Of a DNA stretch of 64,000 nucleotides, positions 27,596 through 41,960 are shown piece after piece. Origin of the DNA: Lama glama (Eukaryota); contig CM052816.1 of assembly GCA_028534125.1 (NCBI GenBank), positions 42,038,001-42,102,000 of the forward strand, written 5' to 3'. The stretch's first letter is position 1. Every line of letters begins with the position of its first letter. Made by a program: the position numbers and the translations under genes. The notes under the pieces are model-generated. The model saw only the letters and a list, made by a program, of their open reading frames with translations, was not told where the DNA came from and searched no databases.

Positions 27596-30500
27596 TCAAT
27601 TTAAAAGGATAACTTAAGGTGTTCACTTGATCTCAATCTAAAATTTGGTGAGAGTTAGCCGTCAACTGGAGACAGATGCTGTGTAAGCAAATCCATTTTC
27701 CAGATTAACAGAATGTCAGCATCTGTAACAATGCCTAAATTCTCCAGCCTGTGTAGAGGAGGCATTTTTACATCAACATGCCAGACACCTCAATTCATGT
27801 TATACCACCTCCTCTAGCCATACCTGGGGCCTTTCTTTAGTTACTTGAAGCAGAATTATTTGTTTTCACTGTAATTTGATTGTGGAAAGAGGAAATGGAA
27901 CATAATCTTGGCTGAAGACTGAGGAAACGTGAGGATATTACAGCAGTCTCCGAGGGACACTGGTTCTGAGATAGGAAGATCAGAGGGCAGTCATTTAGAA
28001 AAGGACTGGGGAGTGGCCCTGGGCAAACCAGGCCTTGCAAGCTGAAGAACAAAGGCCCTGAGGGCCCGAGTCCCAGAGGAAAAACCTAGGCTTTCAGGAA
28101 TAAAAGATTAACTTTATTACTCATTACCACTAATGAGTATACCTAGTTGTCAGAGGACAAGAAGCTCAACTATGCATTTTAACCTTATCTGTTCCTGTGC
28201 TTTCCTGCAGAAAATTCTGACATGTTTCTCTCCCCTCACAGAAGCTCTCCCTACTCCTGACAGCCACCATGGAGCCACCTGCCGCTGATCAAAGTCTGAC
28301 GATTTCCGGAAATTATTAGTGATCATGAGACAAGCTCTTCCTTTTGTTATGAAAGCAACTTGCTCCTTCTACTAGGGGAGATGGCATTTTTTCCCCACCT
28401 TCTCCCTTGTGCACAAGCTATCTCTTTTAATAAGAACTTTGCTTGTCTAAGAGTCTTGAGGAAGCGATATTCATTTCTATGGTATTGCTGTCCAAGAATC
28501 TGGAAAGGGCCCAGGAACAGTTCAAGGTGAGGTATGGCTTCAGCTTGCATTTTCTGGTAAATATCCTGGCACATATCCTACTCTGTCAGCTGATAGCTGA
28601 GGAATGTAACTCCTGGAGCTACTGATTCAGTGTCTGGAAATTATGAACCTACGCAAATTTAACCTACCTTCAATCTGGCTTATGACATCAGTCAAGTCAC
28701 TTACAGCTACTGTAACCCTCATGTCCTAACACAGTTACAAAGACCTCCAAGTCTGTCTAATCCAGCTGCAGGGTTCTTGGAAGGAATGTCCTCTCCCCAG
28801 GACCTCAAAGCCCTTCTCAAATTTGTAATGTGTATTTGTGTGAAAAGTCCAAGATCAGCCTAACCAGTGACAACTGAGCCCTGAATCTCATTAAGCTCTC
28901 AACAGTGTGAAACTACCTGGCCCAACAATTTGTGACATCTGCATATACTAATTTATGGCTTCTTTTAAAAAAATATACTTTCCCTTTAGACATGTAACCA
29001 ATGACTCTTTAAGTAAGCTCCAGGGTCATAAGTGGGTTACTAATATATTTCACTCTCTCAAAATGTAAGGGATACACAAATCCATAGACTTTTATTTTCA
29101 CATAGGACTTATGGCTAAATTAATGGGTGAGCTATTAGAGTTACTTAAATTTGATATCTGCAAAACTAATTAGCACATTAACTAAGCATAGTGAGGATTT
29201 AAATTCAGTATTCTACTTAAGACCACACTTCGCTATAAAATGTGGTAGAGTTTGAGTATTTCATCCATGCACATAATTGGAATGCCAGAACTCTGGTATT
29301 GCGATAGCACCAGTGTTGTCTCAAAATAGGTATCACTTTAGATGCTGTTCTTTTTGCCTTTCCATTCTAATTTATCATTATTTCAACTTCTTTATTATCT
29401 GTTTATTTATTGTGGTAGCTTGGCTACTGCTCTAGTGCGTGGTGATGCATACGTGCATCAACAATATTTTTGACTTCTGACCCCTAATTTCTGTAATGAC
29501 TAGATTTTATGCATCTATGTTATGTGGTTTCAGTATGAATCATTCATTCTACTGTCTCTGAAATCAGAATGCCTTCTCTCTCGCTCGCTCACTCTCTCTC
29601 TTTTTCTCTCCCCATCTGTGTGTATTTGCTTATATAGGGATACTTCCTTTTCTTCACCTCGTTCTTTTCCCCTTTGAGAAGTGGGAAACGGGTGTGGTGG
29701 TGGGCATGGCAGGGGATCCTGGGTCCTGCCAAAGAAGGCCACACTTAAGAAGCCTGAGACATAATGATACAGACTTGGATGAACTGTAATAGAACAAGGT
29801 AGAGACAACATAGATTTATTAAAAAATTAATACTTGTTTTACATTTTGATTCACACCATTTTTATAATAATTTTAAAGTTCCTTAAGCATGTATCTTCCT
29901 CAGAAGCTTTATATGAAAATAAGATATGTATATCTATTTGCCTCTTCTCCCCTTCTAGTGCATGAGGGATGCTCCTTCACAGAGATATTTTTCAACAGAC
30001 TGCATATCGTCACCAAACTAGAAAACAGTGTCTGATGTAAATCATATGTATATATGTATACACATAATTGCATATTATCTGTATAATTTTTGCATCTTGA
30101 CAGTTATTTTCAATGCATTCTACTTTCTTCATTACAATGCGACAAAAGTAGGTCTTATCTCAATTTATATTTGATGCCTCAAAGTCACCTACCTGTGAAA
30201 TCACCCAACTGGAGTAAAATGACCAAATTTTCTAAATATTCAAAGTTGGTTTCTAGTTTTTAAAAATTCTTAGATAAAAGAAAAAAAATCATCTTGGCAG
30301 TTGAATCCTTTTTGGAAGAAAGAGGCCACTTCATATTTTACTGTTTAGTCAAGAGCCTGAGCTTGTTACACACCATCTCACCACACAAAACATAGTCATG
30401 TTCAAGGTATTGTGACAGGTGTTTCTGAACATCTAGACTCTCAAATTAGAGCTGTGCAGGCTATGTGATGATCCTGAGAACAAACACTTGTTCTGGTGGG

Positions 30501-31269
30501 AGTGCATTTAATCACGCTGATGTACTTCACCATCTATTTTGAAATTTGAAATCACTTAGTGGTTGAGCTGCCACAAAAATTACTTTTAGACACAATACTC
30601 ATGAATGAATCATAGCGATGGTCTCCCTGTCACTTGCTGCCTATATAGGTGAGAGACATAGAGACAGAATTCTTTTGTAAGGGGTTCTAAACAGTAAATA
30701 TGCATTTCAGCAACAATCTATTTATTGAAGTCAGTAGCGGGGGAGAGCTTTTCAGGCATAAAATTAAGTTCATGTGTAACTCAAGCACATATTTTTAGCT
30801 TAACTGGTACTTAAGAAATATCTGTTCTAGAGGACATGCTCTTTTTTATTTTCTCTAATTAGCTTTGGAATGTCAATAAAAAGATGCATTTTCTATTTTT
30901 CTCCTCCATATTGACATATTCCAGGGAAGGATGTTTTGGTGTGGGCAGCATACTAACACACCCAAGAGTTACTAAACACACAAACACAACTGCACCATTT
31001 ACATCCTCATTCCTAATTTTCTTCATAATCTGTCCCAAAAATTACCTATTTCAAGTGAACTAAAATCAACTCTAATTCCACTTTTAGTTTAAAAATCTTC
31101 AGTATTTTTTAAAATCACATATTGGTCTGCAACTGACGTAAAATAGTTTCATGAATATAGTAGTTTGTAATCCTGGATGGGTTATAGCTTTTGCATATTT
31201 CTCATCACCACCATGGAATTTGATGAGATAGGCACACCCCTTAGGCTAATGCTTCTTGGGTTTTGGCCT

Positions 31270-31425
31270 CAAAATAACACATGGGCTTGAGTATAATGCA
31301 GATTCCTAAGCCACACCAGACACACTGAGTTAGAATAGCTAAAGGATAGGGCCAAGTAATCTGCTGTTTAGCTAGCATCCCAGATAATTTTCATAAACAC
31401 TAGTATTTTAGAACCTCTGCTCTAG
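31270..31425 (+). mobile_element. MER5-like DNA transposon
   Basis: aatgcagattcctaagccacacc...gggccaagtaatctgc...tttagaacctctgctctaga. Confidence 0.65.
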
Positions 31426-31689
31426 ACAGTGTTTCATCTAGATACACTAAACCAACAGACAGTAACTGTTTAATAGGAAGTAAACTATCATTTATTAAGT
31501 GCCTATCATAGTGTATAGGTTACATTACTTAAGTTGCACACCAGTATTTTGAAAGTGATATTATCAATGTTATATTGTTAAAAAAAAAAAAGAAAGTGAT
31601 ATTATCCACAATTTACCAAAGAGGACATGGAGCCTCAAGCATTAATGTCTTTTTCTGTGTCAGGATCCAATCCAGGGTACCACACTGCA

Positions 31690-33520
31690 TTTAGAAAGAT
31701 GGGCTCATAGATAGATGGTCCTGAGAGAACTGAGTAGCTATTTGGAAAAATACAAAACTAGATCCATACATAAGAATGAACTACAAGGAGATTAGAGATA
31801 AATACTAAATATAGTATTATACACACATAGAAAAATAAAACCATACAAATACTAGAAGAAAAACATGGGTTAATTTCTCTTTAATCTCTTTGTAGAAGAA
31901 GAGTTTCTAGCAATGTCTTAAAATCCAGAGAGAATGAAAAAAATGATTAATAAATTTGGTAACAACAATAAACATCTGTGCATGGCAAATAACACACCAT
32001 AATCAAAATCATAGGAGAACCAACACACTAAAAGAAAATACAAAAATACTTTAAGCATATATTACACACCAAGGACTAACATCCCCAGTGTAAAAAGAAC
32101 TCTTAGAATTTGAGGGACAAAGGTGAAATGCAAATAGAAAATGGTAAAAAGACATGAAAGTTTACAGAAAAAAATAATATAAAATAGCCCTTAAGAATAA
32201 GAAAGTATGTTCAAAATTTCTAATAATTAGACAAATAAAAATTACAATACTGAGATAACATTTCCTGCTTATCAGATCACCAACTATTAAAATGTATGAC
32301 AACATACTGTTTTGGCAAGGCTGTAGAGAAACAGTCTCATATGCTGCTGATGCAAATATTAACTGGTCCAATCATTCTACAACCTGGCAATTTCTAGCAA
32401 ACCTATGTATGCATTTACCTCTTGACCAAGTGATTCCACTTTTAGGAATTTACATCTTACCCAATACAAAAATATGCATATCCAAGGTTACTCATTTTTA
32501 CATGGTTTGCTCTGCAAAATATTGGAGACATTGTGAATCTCTTACAGAGTGGGTAAATGAATTAATGGAGTATTATTCAGCAGTAATTAGAAGGATGTGG
32601 AAGATATTTACGAAATGATGTGGAGTGATTTCCAGGATGTATTGTTAAACATAAAAAAGAAAAATGCAAGAGCTATCTTGCAAGGGAAATGAGATATAAG
32701 ACAAAATGTATTTATCTGCTCATATACGCCAAAAAAATACTGCAAGGGTAAAAGAGAAAATAATGAGATATGCTGTCTACAAAGGTGGTGGGAATGGGGC
32801 AGAAAGAACTGGAGAACTGAAACAGAAAAGAGGGATGATTGGAGTGGCCCTGCTGAGTGTACACTTTCACACAGTTCTGGCATTTAGAACCATAGGAATC
32901 TTTCACAACCGCTAATTTAATTTTATTTCATGTCAAAAAATTTTAAATTCATCTGTGATGTGAAACAACCCCAAGAAGAACATAAATAGTAACAAATGTG
33001 CTTAACTAGAGATCAAATTAGCAAAATAATCACACTAAAGAGGGTTGGGGAAAAAAGAAAAGAAGGAACCTAAGTATCTTTGTAAAACAGTATTTTCACA
33101 GTAAATCAAGGCTAAGGACAAAAGAAATTATACACAAATATAGTACTTTATTTAGTAAATTTGTTTTTTACAGGGTTATGGGTTAGAAAATCTATAACTA
33201 CTTTATACATATTCTAGGATTGAAAAAATAAATAAGTATATTCTGGATAATGAGATCTAAGGCTTCTCTTGTTGGAGAAAGTTATTACAAAAAAAGGCAC
33301 AAAAATAAACCCTGTGGTGTTGGATTGGAATTGTAGGTATCAGTTATAAACTCAAAGATACACATACACACACATACACAGATGGATATAAAGATAGATA
33401 CAGAATCACATCTATGTGTGTGTATACATCCATACATATATTTCCTGGCTCTGTTCACTAAAAAGGTCTAGATGCAAAGAGACTCCAGTAACAGTGAGCA
33501 CCTTAGCACCTAAATCTTGA
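31690..33520 (+). mobile_element. Old L1 (L1MC-like) distal ORF2 / 3'UTR, heavily decayed
   Basis: atttggaaaaatacaaaactagatcc, actagaagaaaaacatggg, ttccacttttaggaatttacatc and an L1MC-type 3'UTR. Confidence 0.75.
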
Positions 33521-34810
33521 GAAAACTGCATATTCATCAAGATTAAAAAACAAAATCCCATAGCAAACAAGGAAAAAACAAAATATGCTCAATTGGACAA
33601 AGACTGTTTATAAACACCTATCATATACATTATGCTCAATGGTAAGAATATTGAAAGCTTTTCTTTCAAGATAGGATGAACAGGTTTCTATTTCACACTG
33701 CACAGGAAGTCCCAGTTGGTGTTGTAAGGCAAGGGAAAAAAAATGTATAAAGATTAAAAATAAAGAGCAAGAAGTATTATTTATAGATGTATGGTTTTGT
33801 ACATTAAAAAATCTAAAGGAATCTATAGCTGAGCAAGTTAACAGGATAAAAAAATCAATATACAAAAATAAATTTTCTTTCTAGATGATGAAATATAAAA
33901 AAAAATAAGATTTAAATAAAGAGAGCATTTACAGTATTATAAAATACCAAATACCTAGGGAGGAAAATCTATCAAAGTATGTCCAAGACTTTTGAACTTC
34001 TAAGTACAAAATTTTATGACATAATTTTTATAAGATCAAATACTTTGAAATAAATTTGCTAAAGCACATGCCAGACTTCTACAGAGGTCATCATAAAACT
34101 TTATGAAAAAAAGAAAGTATTACATAAATAATTAATCAATATACTATGCTCTCCACATTGATCTATAAATCCAATGCAATCCTAATGAATACCCTCACAG
34201 GATTTTTGTTAGAACTTGAAAGCCCATTTCTAAAATGTAAACGGAACAAGAAATGGTGGAGAAGAACTAAGCCACCCCTGACGAACAAGCTGGAGGGACT
34301 TGCTCTATTAGGTGTCTTAGTCCGTTGGGGCAGCTGTGACAAAACACCACAGACAGGAGAGCTTGTAAACAACAGAAATGCCATTGTTCACACTTCTAGA
34401 GCTTGGAAGTCTGAGATCAGGGTGCCAGCATGGTCGAGTGAGGCTCCCCTCTTCCAGCATGCAGACTTCTGGTTATGTCCTTACGTGGCAGAAGGGGCTA
34501 GGGATCTTTTATCAGAACACTAATCCATTCTTAAGGGCTCTGCTCTCATGACCCAATCACCTCTCAAAGGCCCCACCTACTAATACCAACACTTTTGGGG
34601 TTAGGACATGAATTTGGGAAGGGAACACAAACATTCAGACCACAGATGTCAAGATTCTTATAAATCTACAGCTGGCTATGTTGTACTTCTAGACTGCTGT
34701 AATGACTACACAGGTGTTTACAACATACATTAAGCTATACATTTAGGTTTATTCACTTTATTTTGGAATAGATAATTTCTGTTGTGTTACATTTCACAAT
34801 AAAAGGAATA
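33520..34810 (+). mobile_element. Ancient L1 ORF2/3' fragments interrupted by a MaLR LTR
   Basis: aatggtaagaatattgaaagcttt, ttgatctataaatccaatgcaatcctaat, and ggagggacttgctcta|...|tcaagattcttataaatctacag resuming after the LTR. Confidence 0.7.
34313..34645 (-). mobile_element. MaLR solo LTR (MLT1A-like)
   Basis: tgtcttagtcc...aagtctgagatcagggtgccagcatgg...ctctcaaaggccccacct...aacattcagaccac. Confidence 0.88.
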
Positions 34811-37359
34811 TCTGAACAAGAAAAAAAATTTTAAAGGTTTTCTCTTTCTGTCTTTCCAACAAAGATTCGTTTGTGGTTACTAAGTGTTCAGACAGCAAAT
34901 TTTACTTCTTTCTATATATATATATAGGGCCTGGTCCTTGAATTCAATTAAATAGCTACTTTTTATATGAAACCCTATTTGAATATTTCAGAGGCAGTAA
35001 ATAGTGTCATTTTGGACTGAACAAAACCCAACTAATAATGGGAAAGAAACAACCTAGAAAAATACTTTATCTATAATTGTCTGTTTCAAAGAGTAAGTGA
35101 GTTTAAAAGCCAGATAGCATGTTTCTTTTACCAGAACACTTTTTGCAGTTCTTTTTCAGTGTCAGGAAATATGTGTTGATGTCTAGCCTGGGTGCTTTTT
35201 CTTTAAACTCTTTTAGCCTTGCTTTCCCAGAAAATGTATCACATATTTTTCTAAAGTATTTTGGTGCCTTGTCCTCTCTTTCATTTATGCTCCTCAATCA
35301 CGATTATCTTTGCTGCTACATCTTCTTCCAGATCTTTCTTCTCATCTACTTTTTCCTCCCTAATCTCCCTCTCACTTTCTGAGTTGTCATGTTAGAATAG
35401 TTCAAGACGCGAGAGGTTCAGAAAAAGAATCAGAGATGGAGGTGAAACAAAAGTCAAGTGATCATAGAAGGTAAAACAAAGAAAGATACAGGAGAAAAAC
35501 ATGGCAAGTTTAGTCTTCGGTAGAGAAGGTGAAAGAGGAAAGAGAAACACAAAGACAGATTGAAGGGAATGAAATTTACCCATCGGGTTCAGCTGGGGCA
35601 CTATCATCTATGCTCCATCATCCATATACGACTGACAAAGCCATTTAGGTAGTCCTTTCAACACAAATTAGTCATCAGTATGAACGAACTGAATCTGAGT
35701 AGCAGCCATTTTCTCTAACTGGAGGTTTATTATTTTCAAGAAAATACTTTCAGAAGAGCAAGAATTAATATTGCATTTCCCTCCTGGATAAGATAAAGCA
35801 AGGATTCAAGTTTAGAGTTTCAGAGTATAGTTATAAAACTAGAAAGGACTGATGTTCTTCCTATCGTGTGGTTCCCCTAAGGAGCAATGTGCTCTGAAAG
35901 TTACTTTGGGAATTTGAAAAGGTCTATGATAATGACCTTTTCTAAATCAAAAAGCAACCAACCCACAGGATTTGATTTCAGCAAAAAGGACACTTGACAT
36001 TTTCTGAAACTTTTCTAAACCCACCCTAATATTTCACTATGTATCATCAATGTACAAGAGAAAAATTAAGCTGAACTCCAAATCATAAGTAAAGTAGAGA
36101 AAAATATCAGTTATCAAATGGAATTTTGTCTCCATGAATGAAACTGGGCACTTCCATTGTTATCAAACTCCTACACACATGTCAACCATGCCACCTGCCC
36201 CAGAAATGAAATATTTATAAATACTAAGATAGGGATTATCATGCTAACAAACATACTGTCAGAATATTGGCACTGGGAGGCATGTTAGGGAGACTCTAAT
36301 TCAATGCTTTTAAATTTTTATTAAGGAATTAATACCTCAGAGTAAGAATCAAAATAATGATGACAATGAATATTCACCGATTGCTTACTGTATGCTATAA
36401 TTTAAGGGTGTTAACTTATATTTAATTTAGTCCCCATAACAACACAATGAGGTCAGTACTACTAATATCCCATTTTTTATTTTACAGATAAGGTATCTTA
36501 TCTGTAGAGGGAGGTACTATTTAGTAAACAATAATACTCTATTCTAATGTTAAGCTGAAGTTGTAGTTCAGTGACTTGCACAAGATCTCTACAATATGTA
36601 CTAACCAGCTACTATAAGTCAGGTACTGAGCTAAAGCACTGAAAATGAAATGGTAGACACAACAGAAAGGATTCCCTGACTTAACAGAGCTTACAATCTA
36701 GGGGCCAAAGGCAATCAATTAAGGAAGCAGGTAAAACCTTTCAAGTGCACTCTTAGGGTAAGTACAGAGAGACTATGGTAAGCAAAGAGCAGACATGTCT
36801 AACTCATTGGAGAGAGTCAGTTCTGGGCAACAAGGTGGGAAACAGTTCACTCAGAACTAGAATCCTAATCCATTCCAGGCCAGGACTCTTTTCAATATGT
36901 CATGCTGTACTGCTTCATTGGCCCTCCATTAGAAAAGGCCTAATCGGTCATTATCAGGGTTGTTTGCTCTGTTTGATTATTAAGCAGCTACAGTCAGTAT
37001 TGGTCACACCCCAGCAAATGAGGTGCTTTATCTGCTTCAGTCTGCTTGTTAGCTTAATCACTGTGTATATCAGCACTTAACAGAAAGCCTGACTTTGCAA
37101 ATAAAAGCATGCATGCATTATACCCATGATAATTCTTAAAACATGACTCACGTTAAGTGATATCCATTGACTCATGCTTTTGTTTTGAGTAAAACCAGCC
37201 CTAAATTAGGATAAAATGTATATTCTTAGTTTAATTAATTTTGCCTGCAACCCCAAAATAATATGGATTAGGTGTTAAAATCAAAATGAAAGACCCAGAT
37301 CTGTTTCAGTTGTACTGGGGCATTCTGGAGGGCCACTCAGAATCATTGTGTCTAACCAC

Positions 37360-38055
37360 TTTGTTAGGATGGCTTTAATCAGAGAGATGGACAAAAACAA
37401 GTGTTGGAGAGGATATAGAAAAATTGGAACCCTCATTTCTTGTTGGAGGGAATGGAAAATGGGACAGTCACTTTGGAAAGCAATTCTGGATAGTTTCTCA
37501 AAGAGTTTAACATATGGTTAAAACACAATCCAGTAATTCCACTCCTGTGTGCCCAAGACAATTGAAAATGTATGTCTACACAACAACTTGCACATGAATG
37601 TTCATAGCAGCATTATTCATAATAGTCAAAAAATGGCCATAATCCAAATGTCAATCAATTGATGAACAGATAAAATGTCAAAGATCCATACACTGAAATA
37701 TTATTCAGGCCTCAAATAATAGTCTATGCTACAACACGGAGGAATCTTGAAAACATTACATTGAGTGAAAGAAACTAGACACAAAAAGTCACATATTGTA
37801 TGATTCCATTTATATTTCATGTTCACAATAGGCAAATCCACAGACACAGAAATCAGATTAGTGGTTGAGGAGGTTGATGGGAGGGAGGAATGGAGAGTGA
37901 CTACTAATGGGTTTTGGGGGAAAGAGGACAAAATGTTCTAAAACTGCGTAGTAATGATAGGTGCACAACTCTGGAAATATATGAAAAAGTCCCACTGAAT
38001 TATACACTTTTAAAGGGTAAATTTTACAGTATGTGAATTACACCTCAGTAAAACT
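37360..38055 (+). mobile_element. Old L1 (L1MB-like) ORF2 end / 3'UTR
   Basis: caagtgttggagaggat, aatgttcatagcagcattattcataatag, gtatgattccatttatat, cactgaattatacacttt. Confidence 0.88.
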
Positions 38056-39564
38056 TCTAACAAGAAATCCCGTCTAATGACACAGAGTTTATACAGAAGT
38101 CATGGATACGGGTAATCTTTTTATATATTTCTGTCTACACAAAGCAGAAGCAAAGTATAAAATTGAGGAAGATGTGAGATAATTCAAGCCTAAAAATATT
38201 TTAACCACAAATATGCAACTACTTTTTGCAAGCATAACTTTTCCCATCCCATTGCCTCTATTCTCCACTTCATTTCCATTCAAAGATGTAACCAAGGCTA
38301 CTAAATGGCACTTTTTGTTCTGATCTGGTTCTTTGGACTTGAGTTTTATTTCTCCTCTAATCATGTTCTCCTTGCAATTCTTCTCTCTGTCTCCATGTTC
38401 TCCAAAACCCCAAGCAACTCTTCCCATTCTTTTGTGCCTCTCAGAAGAAGCTTCTTCCGGCCTAGGTCATGAAAACACTTGTCAAAGTGCAGCTAATATG
38501 CATGATATTGAAACTCCAAACACTCAAAACACATCCTCCCACTGGATCAGAGCCTCTTCTCCCTCAGTGACATCAGCGCCTTTGTTAGTGCTTTCAATGT
38601 CTAGCTGTTGCCCTGTATATTTTCCACTCCTTTTGGTTGGATGGGTGTGGAATTGTTAACCAAACAAAAGAAGCCTGGTTGCTAAGCCTGAAAAGACCAA
38701 AGCTGTTCACTGACTGCTTCCTGTTTGCCCTGCGTGATGTGGGCAGAGGGTAGGACAAGGTCTCATTCTGCTTACGTTTGTGTAGGAGATGGAGAAGGCT
38801 TTTTGTGTCTTGCTTACTCAGACACACTCACTCAGAACTGCTTTCAGGACCCATCTGTGGTAAAATCTGAAAATGTGCTATGCACAATTACACAAGCAAA
38901 CACAATGTCCCAAGACAAATATGCCCTATCAGTAAGCAGGCCAGAATGGAAGTAAAAACAGGTGTTCTTATATTGGATCTGATTGCCTACATGTGTGGCT
39001 ACTCTGAAATTATTTCTTAATTACTTCGAAGGGTTAGTGCTGGCAGAGGGGGAGAGGGAAAAGTCCACGGGAGTCCTAAAGGCTCTCTGGTCCTCTGCCA
39101 AATTAAGTTTAAGTAGCTGCATTTTGTAATTAGTTAATTTTTTTTAAAGAACCATCATGGCCCATTTTCCCCAAGCCAGAAAATTATGTATTTCAACTAC
39201 TATACTAATTTTTCTCTCAATAATCACAGGCTTTAGTAACAGGGTTACCCAGGTTGATAGGAATTTCACTTGACTTTGTGCCACACGACTGATATGCAAA
39301 ATGCTCCTAAACTTGTGGTCTGTATTATATGATCATAAAGGGAAAAAAATGAATTATATAAAAATAAGTATAGGGAGGCATTCTGCCATGCTCATATTGC
39401 CAACACTGGACCACCCTAAGCAGCCCTGGAAAGCAATCACTTATTTCGAGGAAGTAGAAAAGACTGATGCTTTTATTTGTTTCTCAACCTCAGTATTTTC
39501 TCTGGAAAAGAGTGTGCTGAGAGCCAGGAGTGGGCTCCACCAAGGGGACTAACTGTATGTTGTA

Positions 39565-39842
39565 TTGGAGGCCATATGGTATCTTTTGCAACTACTGACC
39601 TCTGCCTATTGTAGCACAAAAGCAGCCCTAGACAGCATGGCAACAAATAAGCGTGGCTGCATTTCAATAAAATTTTATTTGTGGACACAAACACGAATTT
39701 CATAAAATTTTCGTGTGTCACAAAATACTATTATTCATTCAATGTTTCAACTATTTTAAATTGTAATGACCATTCCTAGCTCTCAGGCTGTACACAAACA
39801 ATTGACTAGGCAGAATTGGTCCTTGGTTCATAGTTTACTGAC
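39565..39842 (+). mobile_element. hAT-Charlie DNA transposon remnant (MER58B-like)
   Basis: ggccatatggtatc...gcaactact...ctctgcc...aaagcagccctagaca...gcgtggctg...caataaaattttattt...tagtttactgac. Confidence 0.85.
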
Positions 39843-39899
39843 AAGAGACAGGACAAGCTGTTAACCCATGAAAACAAGGAACAAGACTGATCTTGACAA

Positions 39900-40366
39900 A
39901 GCTGTGGTATATTTAAACAATGGAATACTATTCAGCCATAAAAAGGAATAAAATAATGCTATTTTTAGCAACATGGATGGACCTGGAGATTGTCACTCTA
40001 AGTGAAGAAAGCCAGAAAGAGAAAGAAAAATGTCAAATCTAAAAAAAAAAAAAAAAAAGAAAGACAAATGAACTTATTTACAAAACAGAAACAGACCCAC
40101 AGACATAGAAAACAAACTTATGCTTACCATTGGGGGAAGGGGGTGGGAAGGGATAAATTTGGAGTTCAAGATTTGCAGATACTAACTACTATATATAAAA
40201 TAGATAAATAAGTTTATATTGTATAACACAGGGAAATATATTCAATATTTTGTAGCAACTTACGGTGAAAAAGAATACGAAAATGAATATATATATGTAT
40301 GACTGATGCATTATGCTGTACACCAGATATTGACACATTGTAAACTGACTATACTTCAATAAAAAT
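39900..40366 (+). mobile_element. 5'-truncated L1 (ORF2 end + 3'UTR), same young family as 24534-27420, with 17-bp TSD
   Basis: Closely similar to 26910-27400. Flanked by aagactgatcttgacaa (39883-39899) and aagactgatgttgacaa (40372-40388). Confidence 0.93.
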
Positions 40367-41329
40367 ACGTAAAGACTGATGTTGACAATTTCCTTTTCCT
40401 GTATATGTTTGCATCATTTAAAATCAATTTTCCAGAGCAAAATCAGTAACATATGAAGGATGACATGCATTAAATTTTAAAGCCCAACTATAAGCTGCAC
40501 AAATGAGTTATAAACTCAGCACAGAGAAAAAGGACAGCTGCCTGCCTAAAGCGGCCCTTGTCAGGTGCATGTCCCAACACAATCCCTTTGCTGGGAGGGG
40601 TGGCTTCCAAATGGAGGATAGTAACTGATCTGTCCTGAATTCACGGAGACAAGGGAACTTTCAGTCCCTTAAATGAAACATGATTCAGATAGGAAGGGAA
40701 GAGTTAGGAATCCTAAAGGACTCATATGTGCAAAGCTGTGCAGGTAGGAACACGTGGTGAATTCGAAACAGAATGTGTAAGTCACAGGATTGGATTCAGG
40801 CTCAGGAATAATTAAAGATAAAGCTACAGACATGGTTAGAGGAGAGCTTAAGGAGAGCTGAAAATGTGTTATCTTATCGTGGAGGTCAGAGGTTGAAAAG
40901 CAACTGTCAGGAACTACACCTAACAGATGGGTGTTTCTGTTTAGCCTATGGAGCACTTTTATGTATTTGAGACAATCTTTCAAAATCTAGTTTTTCTTGA
41001 AAAATTAGAAGATCTGGCAATACTAGCCGAGCATTCCTATGACCTTAAAACAATATGAATAATCCAGTTTTCCACAGTTCTAAACTCTTCTTATTATTTT
41101 CTGTCTCATTTCATTCATTTTTCTTACAGCCATAGAGAAACTTCTCTTAGATCCTTGAAGCTATCATGCTCTCCAGGCCTTTACATACACATACACACAC
41201 ACACATTCATCAGCTTGACATCTCCTACTTATCCTTCAGGGCCAACATTAAACATGCCCTCTTCCAAGAAGCCTTCCATAATGCGCTAAGAATGGGTCAG
41301 ATATTTCTGTAGCACCCTGTATCTTCCTA

Positions 41330-41960
41330 TCATTCATCCAGTCACAAACATTTATTGAAGGCTTATTGTACCAAGTACTTTTCTGGGTACTGGGAATACA
41401 GAAGTGTACAAAATTAAGTTCCAGTCCTCTTGGAGCTTAAATTCTAGTGGAAGGCAACAGATATGAAGTTAACAAACAGGTAAATAAGCAGTATATAGGA
41501 TAGCAACAAATGTCATGGAGAGAAGGACAGCACGATAACAGGGCTGAGCGCTACTTCTCTGAAGTGTTTAAGGCTGGCCTCACTGATAAAGTGAGGTGGT
41601 AGAGGATGAGGAGGAAACGTGCCCAAATCTAGGCCTGGTGGGTTGATGTAAAACTTTGTCTCTATTTGGAAGGATGTGGAAAATTGTCAGAGAGTTTTAA
41701 ATTAGAAGAGGGATGTGATACAACTCATCTCTTTAAGAGAATCACACTGCCTGTTGTGTGGAGGGCAGATGATGGCAGGTGGTCAAAGGATAGAAAGAGG
41801 GAGGTGAATTCATATGTTGTTTTGGTAGTTTAAACAAAATTTAACGTTGACTTGGGCTACAGCAGTAGCAGTGTGTATGAAGCAAAGAGGCATGGAGAGC
41901 TTTGAGGGATCTAAGATGGAGTTAACCAGACACAAGGACTGATGAGGTACGAGGAATCAT
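41330..41960 (-). mobile_element. L2 LINE remnant
   Basis: cattcatcc...aaacatttattgaag...tactgggaatacag...ggagcttaaattctagtgg. Confidence 0.7.
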
